A DNA stretch of 63,080 bases, counting the filler, from Chiloscyllium plagiosum (Eukaryota): NCBI RefSeq assembly GCF_004010195.1. It is 4 parts of one record of this genome, joined end to end, with 100 filler letters (N's around TTAATTAATTAA, not from the genome) between each part and the next. Parts side by side here need not be neighbours in the genome. Positions count along the whole stretch, not along the records: positions 1 to 27,390 come from NC_057711.1; 3 more parts are not named here. The stretch is one strand, 5' to 3'. Made by a program: the position numbers and the translations under genes. This document shows, one piece after another, positions 1 through 12,248 of the stretch. Numbering within the stretch: the first letter of the stretch is position 1; every line of letters begins with the position of its first letter. The notes under the pieces are model-generated. The model ran no database searches, had not been told where the DNA came from, and saw only the letters and a list, made by a program, of their open reading frames with translations.

Positions 1-46
1 CTCTGTCCCTCTCTCTCTCTCTCTCTCTGTGTCTCTCTCTCTCTCT

Positions 47-87
<41 letters not shown>
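1..87. repeat. (CT)n microsatellite inside the 3' part of a tRNA-derived SINE
   Basis: CT run followed by atgagagagtagccctgaggtctggtaagactatggtgactttacc, the same tail as the SINE at 1956-2176. Confidence 0.9.
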
Positions 88-89
<2 letters not shown>

Positions 90-564
90 GAGAGAGTAGC
101 CCTGAGGTCTGGTAAGACTATGGTGACTTTACCTTTTGAACAGTGCTTACACTGACTGTCTGGTTACTTGCTTTCAAAATGTGCAGTAATACTGCAGCAA
201 TCCTTGTTTTTAAAAAAGTTGCTTTTTTCTCCCATTTCAGTCCATGATTTAAAAAGGCAATGTCTTACCACCTGCTTTGTTATTCTCAGAGCCCCAGGTT
301 TGTTTGTCCCCACTTTCCCTTTTGAAGGAATGTAAATTTGTGCCCAAACTATTTCCTTTTTGAAGGTAACCCATTGTTCAGCTACTGTTCTTTCTGGCAA
401 CTCTTTGCTTCTGGTCTATTCAGCCAGGCTCTCCTCTTACCCACTGAAGCCTGCTCTCCTCCATTTCATTACTGTTACTCTGGGTTGATCAGTGTCTTCC
501 TAAACCTAATGATTCAATGTCACTGTGCCCTAAATGTTCTCCCATTGTTAGTTAATCTCCTTCG

Positions 565-688
565 AGACAGTGAGATGTGCAGATGCTGGCAATCAGAGTT
601 GAGAGTGTGTTGTTGAAAAAGCACAGCAGGTCAAACAACATCTGAGGTGCAGGAAAATCGACGTTTTGGACAGGAGCCCTTCATCAGG
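565..688 (-). mobile_element. Short PLE-derived element, hammerhead family B (degraded)
   Basis: Minus strand reads cctgatgaagggctcctgtccaaaacgtcgatttt...ccagcatctgcac; homologous to the copies at 15358-15836. Confidence 0.7.
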
Positions 689-699
689 CCCTCTCCTTG

Positions 700-1200
700 G
701 CCCAGTTCAGTCTCAAGCACCAGGTCCAGCTGTGCCTCCTTACTTATTGAAGTGGACTTAGACTATTGACAAAAACATTCTGAACACAATCTAAGAACCC
801 CGCGCTTTTGCAGTACTGCTATCCCAGTCGATACGCAGGTAGCTAAAGTCCACCTGTATGACTGTGTGTATGGTGTTTGCACCTCTCTTTAATTTCCTTG
901 CAAATTTATTCCCCTATTTCTTTCCCACCAACTAGCGGTCAATATCTTATGCTGAGCAATGTAATTGGCACCCTTCTTAATCTCTAGCCAAATCCATTCT
1001 GCCCTTGAACTCTCTGAAGCCACCTCTTCCTCCAGTACTACAATGCTCTGCTTAAATGAAAATTGCAACCTCCACCCCTTTTTTCTCCCCTTATCTAAAT
1101 TTCTGAAGAGTTTGTAACCAGGAGTACTTAACATCCAGATCTGTCCTTCCTTAAGCCAGGTCTCTGTTATTGGCACCACATCATAATCTGAAAATAATCT
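700..1200 (-). mobile_element. Decayed CR1-clade LINE endonuclease fragment
   Basis: ORF 889-1218 contains DYDVVPITETWLKEGQIW...PGYKLFR, an APE-endonuclease signature also seen in the LINE at 52056-54155. Confidence 0.75.
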
Positions 1201-1955
1201 GTCTCTCTCACTCCCCAACCTTATTTGCTATATGCTGTGTAACCCTGATTTGAACTTCATTATTTTCTCCTTTTACTCTATCTCCACTTATTGATTTATT
1301 ATTCTCTATGCTAACTGCCTCTTCCAACATTTTGTGCACCTTAATATAACTCTCTTTTATATTCTGTTCTGATTCCCACATCCCTGTTAACAGACTGGGG
1401 AAATTTCTGTATGTTAGAGTAAAGGTTGCCTTTTGAATAGCATTTAGACAATGTTGAATATATTGTTTTGTTACTGCAAAAGTCTTGAAATCTTGTTTGA
1501 TTTTGTTTCCCACTCTGTCACTAAAAATTTATATTCTTACAAGTTATCAGACCCTACAAGGATCTTACAATTTTAAGATTACATTGTAACATGGTTGTAG
1601 ATCTTTGCTTATCTCTTGAAGAACAAATTTGGAAATGAATAGTCCATAGGTTAACAAGTTTTTTTGGGGGGTAACTTGGAATAAAATAATATGATTAATA
1701 TTTTAATCATAATATGAAAGGAGAGATGGATACAGTTGGTGTCTATAGGCCAGTCTACTTGACATCTCCGTTGGAAACTTTGAAAAAATAATCTAAGACA
1801 AAATTAATTGCTAGTTTTTTGAAAATTATAGATTAATAGCAACAAATACAGATTTTTTTTTTGAAAGTAAATCTGGTTTGACTAACTTGATTATATTTTT
1901 CTATCTCTCTTTTGTTTCTGTGTCAATGAGTGTTATCTATCTCATGTATATCTGT

Positions 1956-2176
1956 GGGGGTCTGGTTAGCTCAGTTGGCTGGACAGCTGGTTTGCAATAC
2001 AGAGTGATGCCAACAGCATGACTACAGCTCCTGCTATGGCTAAGGTTACCATTGAAGACTTCTTCTCAATCTCTCCCCTCTGAGGCGTGATGACCCTCAG
2101 TTTAAACCACCACCAGACATCTCTCTCTAATGAGAGAACAGCCCTATGGTCTGGTAAGACAATGGCAACTTTACCT
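1956..2176 (+). mobile_element. tRNA-derived SINE with an internal CT tract
   Basis: A-box-like head ggttagctcagttggctgga; tail ...ggtctggtaagacaatggcaactttacct; related copies at 1-135, 14651-15022 and 35112-35312. Confidence 0.7.
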
Positions 2177-2565
2177 ATATGTGTGGATTTTCAAAGTGAG
2201 CATTGATTAGGCACCACGTGATAGACCTGTTATCAAAATTAGACTTAATAGGACTAAACGAGACAGTGATGGCATGGATACAAAAATTGGCTAAGGTAAA
2301 CAAAGTGCAGAGTGATGGTGAATGGCTGTTTTTCAAACTGAAAGGAAATATGGTGATGGTCCCAGACGATAATATTAGGACTGCTACTTTTCTTGATCTA
2401 TATTAATAACCTTGACTTGGATATAAAGAGCATTTTTAACAAAGTTTCTAGATGCAATGATACTTAATCAACAATAGAATGGATATTGATAGACTGGTGA
2501 ACAGAAATACACTTGATCATTGTTAATTTGCTAACAGCATGTTTTGCTGTATCATATATTGTCAG

Positions 2566-2737
2566 GTAACATCACTTGGGGAGCGGATCGTTCTGTACGT
2601 TTTGAACCGCATCATTTATAGAGCCCAGGAAATGAGTGCGGATGAACTCCCTTTCCTTTGCCACAGCGCCACCGAATATGCTAAAATTCTCTGGAAGTCT
2701 GGGAAAGCAATTGGATTCTACTCCATCAAAATAGCAG
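2566..2737 (+). CDS. FAM169A: FAM169A-like protein, internal exon (172 nt, phase 0 to 1)
   Basis: gtcag| acceptor and |gtatct donor; VTSLGERIVLYVLNRIIYRAQEMSADELPFLCHSATEYAKILWKSGKAIGFYSIKIA matches the FAM169 conserved domain as I recall it. Closer to FAM169A than FAM169B, but the paralogue is not verified. Confidence 0.88.
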
Positions 2738-3902
2738 GTATCTTACCTGGCATTGAGCATAGGCACTTACACGAGTGCCATTTGTTTACTGGGGAGAATG
2801 AAGGCCTTGGTGAGGAGGCAGTCAAGATTTATACTTTAGTGGGTGTAACAAAGATATCCAATAATGGTTACAGTGATGAGCGACTTCAGTTACTTGAATA
2901 GTTCAGAGAAGCTATAGTTTTCTGTGTGGCAAAGTAAAGAGAAGATTTTGAAGGTGTTCAAATTCATGAGGCATCTGGGCAGAGTTGATAGAGAGAAACT
3001 ATTCCATTGTTGGAATGATTGAGAACCAAAGGACACTAATACAAAATGGATGACAAATAGAACAACTGCAGCATGAGGTGCACCTTTTTAATGTACTGAG
3101 TAGTTTGTTATGATCACAACTTGTAATAATAATAGGCAAGTCTGATCCCAGAATGGTTGCTAGTTTAATAGCCTAATACGTTTTATTCGTTTAAATGTTG
3201 TGGTGGTCACTCATTGCATATGTTCACATGAAACTGCCAATGTACTTTTACGAAAGAATATAAATTTATTACAGAACAGGGAAAAACATTACAAAAATAA
3301 GATACAATTTGGAAAGTTTGTTAAACAATAAAAAAGTCAACCTTTTTTCCCAACAATATCCTTTACAGATATTCTGGTCCAGAGAAGTATCACTCCTACC
3401 ATGACTCTTTTTAAAATTTCTTATTCAACTGATGAAGTCCAATGCATTTTCTTGGGGCCACCTTAATACAGTTAGGACCCCAAAAAGCAACGAGGATCAG
3501 GGGAACCTTGGTGTGCATGTCCACTGGTCCCTTAAGATAGTGGGACAAGTAGACAAAATTGTTAAGAAGGCATATGGGATACTTTTTCTTTATTAGCCAA
3601 GGCAGAGTGATCAAAAGCAGGGAGGAAATGCTGGAGTTGTATAAAATGTTGGTTGGGCCATAGCTAGAGTACTATGAAGTTCAGGAATCCATATTAGAGG
3701 AGGGATGTGATAGTATGGGAGAGGGTACAAAGGAGATTTCCCAGAATGTTGCTTGTGCCAGAGAGTTTTTCTTAAATGCCCCATGCTCTTGATTTCTGTG
3801 AGGCTTTGTGTCACTCCATTCAGTATATTTATCAGCTGAGCTGAGATGGCATGTCATCACTTCCCAGCCACTCTGTTACTGTTTTTAATCCTTCCTTTTT
3901 AG

Positions 3903-4082
3903 GAAGCAAATGCGATACCTTCCTGACTCAGCGTTACCAGCTGCCAATACTTGACACCATCTTTGTGAGGAAGAAGCATCGTGGGAAGGGATATGGTCTG
4001 CAAATGCTGGAAGACTTTGTTGACAGTTTCACAGAGGATATGCTGGGTTTGAGATACCCACTTTCACCCTCTATGTATGGAG
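3903..4082 (+). CDS. FAM169A: FAM169A-like protein, internal exon (180 nt, phase 1 to 1)
   Basis: Polypyrimidine tract and ttag| acceptor, |gtaaat donor; GSKCDTFLTQRYQLPILDTIFVRKKHRGKGYGLQMLEDFVDSFTEDMLGLRYPLSPSMYG; frame-compatible with the previous exon. Confidence 0.9.
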
Positions 4083-4479
4083 GTAAATATTTTGTTTTGC
4101 TAAAAGGATTTTCTTACAAATTGATACTGTAGTATTGTGAAATATGTGGATGATTTGTAAAATAAAACTTAAAGATTCTCATGAAATATCATAAATCACA
4201 GATTTTCTGCAGTAAATAATGTGAAAAGAAATGCATTTTTACTAAAATATAGCACATTGCCATGGAAATTGGGATGGAATATTTAGCACACTGCATCGTG
4301 AGATCAGTGTGGTGAGTTAAAGGCCCTTGAACAGTCCTCTTGGCTTGATTATCCCACTTTATCTCCAACAAGTTGATTTATCTTTTCAATTATGAAGAGT
4401 CAGTGTTGTGTGACCTTGCCATGGATATGTTTAATTACAACATTAGTGTCATACAACAATTGTGTGATAGGCCCAACCA

Positions 4480-5310
4480 TTTTTTAGCTGCTTTATCAAT
4501 GACCTGCCCTCCATTGTAAGAGCAGAGGTGGTGCTGCTCGTGGCCAATTACTGTATTCAGTATTGTCTAGGACTTGATGGATACTGAAGGAGACCGCTGT
4601 GGCAAGACCTGGATAGCATTCAGGCTTTCATTATTGAGTGTCTAGTAAGATTTGCGTCATGCAAGTTTCAAGAAGAAAGAATCTAGCCACCACCATCCCT
4701 TGATAGTAACATTCAGTGGTAACTTCCATCGCTGATGTCCTGGAGTTACCATTAACTAGAAACTGGACTGGACCAGTGGTTATACATGCAGGTTAGAACT
4801 TGGGACTTCTGCAGAAAAGAATTCATCTGACTCCTTAAAGCTTGTATATTATCAACACGGCACAAATACAAATTCTCAGCACTTGTCTGGATGCATTTAG
4901 CTTCAACAATAATCAAAAGACTCGATATCATCCAGGGCAAAACATACTTTTAATCCCACCACTATGACGCACAGTGTGTTCTGTATACAACGTGCAACTA
5001 GAGCAACTTGCTAAAGTTTGTTTTACAGCACCTTCCAAAGCAGTGACTTCTACTACCGAGAAGAATAATTCCACTACCTGGAGGCTCCCCTCTAAAACAC
5101 ATACTCCATCTTGAACTGAAACTACGTGTAGCTGATCCTTTGCTATCACTGCATTAAAATTCAGATACTCTCTCCCGATCAGCGTTACGGTAACTTCATT
5201 TAGACTGTAGCAATTCAAGGAGGCAGTACACTACCACTACCGTAAACATATTAATTAGCATAAATACTAGTCTTGTCAGCAACACTCTCATTCCATGAAT
5301 GAATTTTAAA
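4480..5310 (+). mobile_element. Old CR1-group non-LTR retrotransposon, 3' portion
   Basis: Decayed RT C-terminal similarity (caagacctggatagcattcaggct, QDLDxIQA) and a 3' tail shared with 29870-30650 and 40180-41085. Confidence 0.65.
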
Positions 5311-5369
5311 AATTACATAATGCCTTCTAACATCAAAACACATAAAATGTAACCAAGAGTACTGAGTCA

Positions 5370-5579
5370 TGATTTGGAGGTACCGGTGTTGGACTGGGGT
5401 GTACAAAGTTAAAAGTCACACAACACCAGGTTATAGTCCAACAGGTTTATTTGGAAGCACTAGCTTTCGGAGCACTGCTCCTTCATCAAGTGGACAGCCA
5501 TCTGATGAAGGAGCAGCGCTCCGAAAGCTAGTGCTTCCAGATAAACCTGTTGGACTATAACCTGGTGTTGTGTGATTTT
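5370..5579. mobile_element. Palindromic (head-to-head) hammerhead-bearing element, family A
   Basis: Inverted arms at about 5411-5488 and 5503-5579; + strand motif CAU-CUGAUGA-A-GGAGC-AGC-GCUCC-GAAA-GCUA-GUG at 5499-5533. Confidence 0.8.
5499..5533 (+). ncRNA. Minimal type I hammerhead ribozyme motif (family A)
   Basis: Core CUGAUGA at 5502-5508, 5-bp stem II GGAGC/GCUCC, GAAA, AGCU palindrome, CUA cleavage triplet, stem I CAU/GUG. Confidence 0.7.
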
Positions 5580-5859
5580 CCAACTTTTCAATGAGCACTG
5601 AAGGTATCGACTTCAAAGGAGAAGAGAAATGGACAAACAGAGGGGTTTGTGGAACAGTTTTCAGAATTTATGGCTAAGAATGTTGAAGGCCAAGTTGAGG
5701 TAAAGGAATTTGGGGTAGAAATGGTCCTGGAGGGATGTAGAGCTGACAGGACATTGTATGAATAGGGCCAGAAGGATTTAGAACAAGGATGAGAATTTTA
5801 AATTTACACTTGCTGTATCAGGAATCAAGGCATTGTCAATAAATGGGGGTTTCTATAAA

Positions 5860-7060
5860 AATTCATTCATGGATCTGGATGTCATCTGCGAGCCAATATT
5901 TATTGCCCACCCTTAATTGTCAAGCTGAAAATGATGGTCACAGCTACCTTCTTGTACCATTGCAGTCCTTGGGATTTCCAGTTACCCACAATGCTGGTGG
6001 GCAGGGACTTCGCCCCAGTATTAATGAAGGAAGGAGAGAAGTACTGTCTATCCAAGTCAGAGTGACGAGTGGCTTGGAGGGGAACTTGCTGGTGGCGTGC
6101 CAACTGCTGTCCTTGTTGTTCTAGATTTTAGAGGCCACAGTTTTGGAAGGTGTTGTATTCCACCTCACTCCCCACTTTTTGTGCCTGTGGTCAGGCAATG
6201 GGGAGACAAAAGACTAGTTACTCATCCGAGGACTCCTAGTTCTGACTTGCGCTTGTACCTCAATTTATTTGGCTGATTAGATTGTCTCTCGTTTGAGAGA
6301 GTCACTGCCTGGCTCTTGTGTACCATGATTGTTTCTTGCCACTTGTTAGCTCAAACTTGGATACTGTCTGGGTCCAGCTGCATGTGAACAAAGATTGCTT
6401 CATATGATTTGGGTATCTGTGAATATGGAACATCGTGTAAACATTTGCTAACCTACACTTCTCACCTGTTGGAGGAAAGGTCATAGATAAAGCGGTTGAA
6501 GATGGCTGAGCCGAGGACATGAGACCTTGTAGTAATGTCCTGGACCTATGATGATTAACTTTCAAGTAAACCACAACTGTCTCCCTTTTTGTGCTAGTTC
6601 TGACTCCCAATAGAGAGTTCACCCACTGGCATTTGTGCTGGAGTCCTCAGGAGAAGGCTGAAGTGGATTATCCGCTCAGCAGTTTTAGCTGAAGATGAAT
6701 GCATGTATTTCAGCCTTTTGTTTTTGCACCAATATGCTGGGCTACCCCATTACTAAGGATTGGGCTTATTTATGGAACCATTACCTCAAGTGAAATGTTT
6801 AATTGTCCACTGCTTTGGTTGCAGCACTATACTTTGGTCCCATCTGTTGGTTGTGCAGTTGCTTAGCTCTGTCTATTATCTGCTGCGAATGCTGTTTGGC
6901 ACACAGTAAGTCTTGTGTTGTGGCTTCACCAGGTTGATACCTCACTTTTATATCTAATTAGATCTGCTCCTGCCATGCTCTTCATAGAACTAGGTTTGAC
7001 GTCCTGGCTTGATGGTAGAGTGGGGTAATGCAAGGTCATTCGGTCACAGATTGTGATTTG
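5860..7060 (-). mobile_element. Old CR1-group LINE fragment (continues at 9276 to about 9900 after the nested insertion)
   Basis: Reverse-complement tail atttattgcccacccttaattgtc at about 5897; the sequence resumes after the aatgtaa duplication. Confidence 0.6.
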
Positions 7061-7067
7061 AATGTAA

Positions 7068-9268
7068 GACCATAAGACATAGGAGCGGAAGTAAGGCCAT
7101 TCGGCCCATCGAGTCCACTCCGCCATTCAATCATGGCTGATGAGCATTTCAACTCCACTTACCCGCATTCTCCCCGTAGCCCTTAATTCCTTGTGACATC
7201 AAGAATTTATCAATTTCTGCCTTGAAGACAACAATTTCCTAGCGTCCACCCTCTCCAAGCCATGTATTATCTTGTAAGTTTCTAATAGATCTCCCTTGAA
7301 TCTTCTAAACTCCAATGAATACAATCCCAGGATCCTCAGCCGTTCCTCATATGTTAGACCCACCATTCCAGGGATCATTCGTGTGAATCTCCGCTGGACA
7401 CGCTCCAGTGCCAATATGTCCTTCCTGAGGTGTGGGGACCAAAACTGGACACAGTATTCCAAATGGGGCCTAACCAGAGCTTTATAAAGTCTCAGTAGCA
7501 CAACAGTGCTTTTATATTCCAACCCTCTTGAGATAATTGACAACATTGCATTTGCTTTCTTAATCACGCACTCAACCTGCATGTTTTCCTTTAGAGAATC
7601 CTCAACTAGCACTCCCATATCCCTCTGTACTTTGGCTTTACGAATTTTCTCACCGTTTAGAAAGTAGTCCATGCTTGTATTCTTTTTTCCAAAGTGCAAG
7701 ACCTCACATTTGNNNNNNNNNNNNNNNNNNNNNNNNNNNNNNNNNNNNNNNNNNNNNNNNNNNNNNNNNNNNNNNNNNNNNNNNNNNNNNNNNNNNNNNN
7801 NNNNNNNNNNNNNNNNNNNNNNNNNNNNNNNNNNNNNNNNNNNNNNNNNNNNNNNNNNNNNNNNNNNNNNNNNNNNNNNNNNNNNNNNNNNNNNNNNNNN
7901 NNNNNNNNNNNNNNNNNNNNNNNNNNNNNNNNNNNNNNNNNNNNNNNNNNNNNNNNNNNNNNNNNNNNNNNNNNNNNNNNNNNNNNNNNNNNNNNNNNNN
8001 NNNNNNNNNNNNNNNNNNNNNNNNNNNNNNNNNNNNNNNNNNNNNNNNNNNNNNNNNNNNNNNNNNNNNNNNNNNNNNNNNNNNNNNNNNNNNNNNNNNN
8101 NNNNNNNNNNNNNNNNNNNNNNNNNNNNNNNNNNNNNNNNNNNNNNNNNNNNNNNNNNNNNNNNNNNNNNNNNNNNNNNNNNNNNNNNNNNNNNNNNNNN
8201 NNNNNNNNNNNNNNNNNNNNNNNNNNNNNNNNNNNNNNNNNNNNNNNNNNNNNNNNNNNNNNNNNNNNNNNNNNNNNNNNNNNNNNNNNNNNNNNNNNNN
8301 NNNNNNNNNNNNNNNNNNNNNNNNNNNNNNNNNNNNNNNNNNNNNNNNNNNNNNNNNNNNNNNNNNNNNNNNNNNNNNNNNNNNNNNNNNNNNNNNNNNN
8401 NNNNNNNNNNNNNNNNNNNNNNNNNNNNNNNNNNNNNNNNNNNNNNNNNNNNNNNNNNNNNNNNNNNNNNNNNNNNNNNNNNNCCATACTCAACTCTGCC
8501 CCCTGACTCCCTTTAATTGTTGGGATATTACTCATGTCTTCCACTGTGAAGACTGACGCAAAGTACTTATTAAGTTCTCCTGCTATTTCCTTACCTCCCA
8601 TCACTAGGCTTCCAGCATCAGTTTGAAGTGGCCCAATGTCTACGCTTGCCTGTATTGAAAGAAACTTTTACTATCATTTCTAATATTACTGGCTAGCCTA
8701 CCTTCATACTTGATCCTCTCCTTCCTTATTTCTCTCTTTGTTATCCTCTGTTTGTTTTTGTAGCCTTCCCAATCTCCTGATTTCACAGTGCTCTTGGCCA
8801 TTTTATAGGCTCTCTTTTTCTTTCATAGATTTCCTGACTTCCTTTGTCGGCATGGCTGTCTAATCCCTCCCCGGATAATCTTTCTCTTCTTGGGGATGAA
8901 CCTCTGTACAGTGTCCTCAATTTTACCCACAAACTCCTGCCATTTTTGCTCTCCTGTCTTCCCTGCTAGGCTCTGCTTCCAGTCTATTTTCGTCAGTTCC
9001 TCTCTCATGCCCTCATAATTACCTTTATTTAACTGTAACACCATTACATCCGATTTTGCCTTCTCTCTTTCAAACTGCATACTGAACTCTACCATATTAT
9101 GGTCGCTGCTTCCTAAGTGTTCCCTTACTTTAAGATATTTAATAAACTCTGGTTCATTACATGGCACTAGGTCCAGAATAGCCTGCTCCCTTGTGGGCTC
9201 CATGACAAGCTGTTCCAAAAAGCCATCCTGTAAGCATTCCATGAATTCCCTTTCTTTGGATCCACTGC
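7068..9268 (-). mobile_element. CR1/HER1-type LINE, 5'-truncated, spanning a 771-N gap
   Basis: RT C-terminus LYKALVRPHLEYCVQFWSPHLRKDILALERVQRRFTRMIPG; EN C-terminus PTREQAILDLV...SDHNMV; cataaga-type tail; 7-bp flanking duplication aatgtaa at 7061-7067 and 9269-9275. Confidence 0.92.
7713..8483. other. Assembly gap (771 N)
   Basis: N run. Confidence 1.
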
Positions 9269-10058
9269 AATGTAATTGCACTGCTGCTGTTGATGGCCCA
9301 TGGAAACCGGTCTTGACTGTTAGATTGTTCAAAATATATCCCATTTATCATGGTGATAGAAGCCACACAACATAGATGGTGTCATTTTCAATATGAAAAT
9401 GGATTTGGTCTTCTGAATAACTGTGATAATTTCAGGAGAGTGACCATCATGGACAGATACGTCTACAACAGGTAGATCGTTCAGAATGAAGTAGAGTATG
9501 TTTTCTCTTGTTTCTTTCACAATCTGCCACAGATTTTGTCTGCAGCTATGTCCTTCAGGGCCCAGTCAGTAGTGGTGCTACTAAGCTGATTTTAATGATG
9601 ACATGTTAAGTCTGAGCACGTTCTATGCCTGAGCCACCCTTGGTGCTTCCTCCAAATGGTGTTCAACATGGACTCAGAGGCAGTAGATGGTAATTCTTCC
9701 CCATTATTGACCTGGTATTTTACGACTTTTGAGTGCAGAGTCTCTCCTGTCCGTGTGCCATTATGCTACCACCTTTGCTTAGTCTCTCGTATTGTTGGGG
9801 TAGGAAAGGACAGGATTGTCTTGGTGGCGGGAATATTTGTCCAGGATTCCTGTGTCATTATCGTGATGCTTAAATGGTTCACCAATGACTTTCTCTCCCA
9901 TATAATTGCCTGCCCATGAATGATGGGTTAATAACAATTGTCTTTAGTATTGCAGCAGTTTAATTACTGTGGCAATTCAGATTTGTGAGCTGCTGTTAAG
10001 ACCAGATGATCAGCACTATTCTTCACCTTGATTGAATTTTGTTTCTTCGTTTCTTCAG

Positions 10059-10187
10059 TTTGTAGGAAGTATTTGAACAATTATCCTGATGACCACAGCC
10101 TTCTGTGGGAGGTTGAAGGTGTTGGTCACCCTTTCCAGCGAGTTCGTATTGCAGACAGACTGCTGACACAGATTGCCCCTGTGAAAG
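10059..10187 (+). CDS. FAM169A: FAM169A-like protein, internal exon (129 nt, phase 1 to 1; absent from the ORF track)
   Basis: gtttcttcgtttcttcag| acceptor and |gtaata donor; VCRKYLNNYPDDHSLLWEVEGVGHPFQRVRIADRLLTQIAPVK contains the FAM169 LLWEVEGVGH motif; in frame with the preceding exon. Confidence 0.9.
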
Positions 10188-10557
10188 GTAATACACGACA
10201 CTGACTGAACCTGCCGAGGCTTCTCGTGTTACCTACCTGACCCCCCATGACTGTTATCTCTCTTTCCCATTCTCCCCAGCTTAATGCTAAATGAATTTAC
10301 CTATTTAAGTAAAAAGTTATTCTTTTGCAAACATATTAGACATTTTGTATGGAAGGTTGATCTCTGCAACTTGTCCTGTCCACTTCAGTTCCGATAGATA
10401 TTGAATAAAGTACACAACTCATAAAGTCAGAGTCATACAGCATGGAAACAGGCCCTCCAGCCAACTAGGTTTCCTAAATGGAATTAGTCACATTGTCTGC
10501 ATTTGGCCCATATCCTTCTAAACATTGCTTATTCATCTGCCTAAGTGTCTTTTGAAT

Positions 10558-10672
10558 TCAAAGTTTGTGCGAAGATTTGTAGCTCGGGTGCTCGTTGTTG
10601 TGGTTCTGTTCACCGAGCTGGAAGTTTTTGTTGCAAACGTTTCGTCCCCTGGCTAGGCGACATCATCAGTGC
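10558..10672 (-). mobile_element. 115-bp hammerhead-bearing insertion (family D) with a 6-bp TSD
   Basis: Flanked by ttgaat at 10552-10557 and 10673-10678; removing it restores the host LINE sequence gtcttttgaatgttgtaattgta. Confidence 0.8.
10633..10672 (-). ncRNA. Minimal type I hammerhead ribozyme motif (family D), intact core
   Basis: Minus strand: GCA CUGAUGA U GUCGCCU-AGCC-AGGGGAC GAAA CG UU UGC; stem I GCA/UGC, stem II of 6 pairs with one mismatch, ACGU palindrome, GUU triplet. Confidence 0.75.
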
Positions 10673-12081
10673 TTGAATGTTGTAATTGTACTCACCTCTA
10701 CCACTGCCTCCTGGTAACTCATTCTATATACACACCACTCTCTGTGTGAAAAAGTTGCTCCTCAGATCCCTTTTAAATCTTTCACCCCACCTCACCTTAA
10801 ACCTATGACCTCTATGGGAGTCCAGAACTCCAGAATAATCTGGGTAAAAGACCCTTGCGATTCATCTTATCTATGCCTCTCATGATTTTGTTAACCTCTG
10901 AGGTCACCCCTCAGCCTCCAGGGAGAAAAAGTTTGAACCTAATCATTTCTCATTATAACTCAAACCTTCCAGTTTCAGTAACGTCCTTGTAAATCTTTTT
11001 TTTTTGCACCAGTTCCAATTTAATAACATTCTTTCTATAGTGGTGCGATCAGAATTGTATGTAGCATTCCAAATGTGTCCTCACCAATGTATGGTACAGC
11101 TGCAACATGACATCCCAACTCCTGTCCTCTCTGCACACCATGGACTGCTTTAAATCCAGGTGTCCGAAATCTTGCTGACTGTGGAGCCAGTGAGAGCCCC
11201 TTTCTTTTGTGGAAAGCCCACCATATTAATGTCAGTCAGACACTTAAATGACCAATGGTGAAGTTCTTCCCTAACAAAGAACTCAGTGTAGGTTTTGCTC
11301 TGAGAACTCCCAGCCAATCTGGGGGGCTAGCAGTCCTTGATTACAGACCACTCCAGCACTAGAATGATGGTGCCTGTGAGCAATGCACCCCACCAGGAGC
11401 TCAGCATCAGAAAGACACCTGGGGCACATGTCAGTGAGAGCTGACTGAGATCGAAGCATGGGGCCTATGGGTAAGGGGTTTGGAGGGAAAAGCTGGGAGA
11501 AGGGATGGGACGGAGGGGGAGTATGTGACTTTCAGCAGATATTCCCACCCCTCCTGAGGGTTAGCTCCTTGGTCAGACACTGAATGCCCACCCGTGAGGA
11601 GATATTTTGCCAGGTTTGCCCTGCCAACAACTGCCCTGCTGTTTGAGTCCTGATGGATGAGGTATTGAAGTGGGCAGGTAAGCAGACCAGGAGTCTTCCC
11701 ACCCCCCAGACTTGATCAAGGCAGTGGTGAGCCTTTTTCTAATGTTGAAGTGCAACTAGGCAAATTGTCTTGCCTACTCCAAAAATTTGGGTTTAAGTAT
11801 TTTTTTAGAAAACGTCCAAATATTTTTTAGTCGTACATGACACAATTACAAGTCAGTGAATCTAGCATTCCGAGGAAACATGACCATTCATACCCCTGAG
11901 TTATGATATTAATAGCTGACTGGATGGCAGCACCAATGTACTGAATCTTAGTATCGGTGATCTGCTGCTACCACAATCTAGTGAAACCGGGACTATCTGT
12001 CTGTTTGTTTCTTCTTGTTGTATCAGTGCTGATTTTCTGAGGAGAATCTTGTTATTCTAGTATTTTTGTGTTATACCCAAG

Positions 12082-12248
12082 GTATAGATATCTCTCATAC
12101 TGATGAACATGGACCAGTCAAAGAAGAATCTTCATCCCTGGACTTGACTGAGAGTGGAACAGCAAAGCAACTGACAAACAAAGTGGAGAAGCAGCCACAT
12201 ATGACCGAGCTGCCTGTAGGTCCTATCGTACAGAGCTCCTCTTCATAA
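12082..12248 (+). CDS. FAM169A: Probable next FAM169A-like exon (acidic/Ser-rich); terminal if read to TAA 12246-12248, otherwise spliced after 12215
   Basis: Phase-1-compatible AG acceptors ending at 12060, 12081 and 12087; open frame GIDISHTDEHGPVKEESSSLDLTESGTAKQLTNKVEKQPHMTELP; possible phase-0 donor |gtaggt after 12215. Boundaries uncertain. Confidence 0.5.

Larger units (their letters stand above)
10420..11125 (-). mobile_element. CR1/HER1 LINE 3' fragment interrupted by a 115-bp insertion
   Basis: agagtcatacagcatggaaacaggccc tail; body similar to 24905-25460 and 28183-28540. Confidence 0.8.

Noticed and set aside
2738..2901. Extension of ORF 2539-2901 beyond the exon
   Set aside because: Similarity ends at the GT donor at 2738; the remainder is intron read-through.
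5411..5579. pre-miRNA hairpin
   Set aside because: It belongs to a multi-copy family with TSDs and a hammerhead core at the centre; a mobile element explains it better.
7657..8604. ORFs of 270-315 aa
   Set aside because: Read-through of the N gap.
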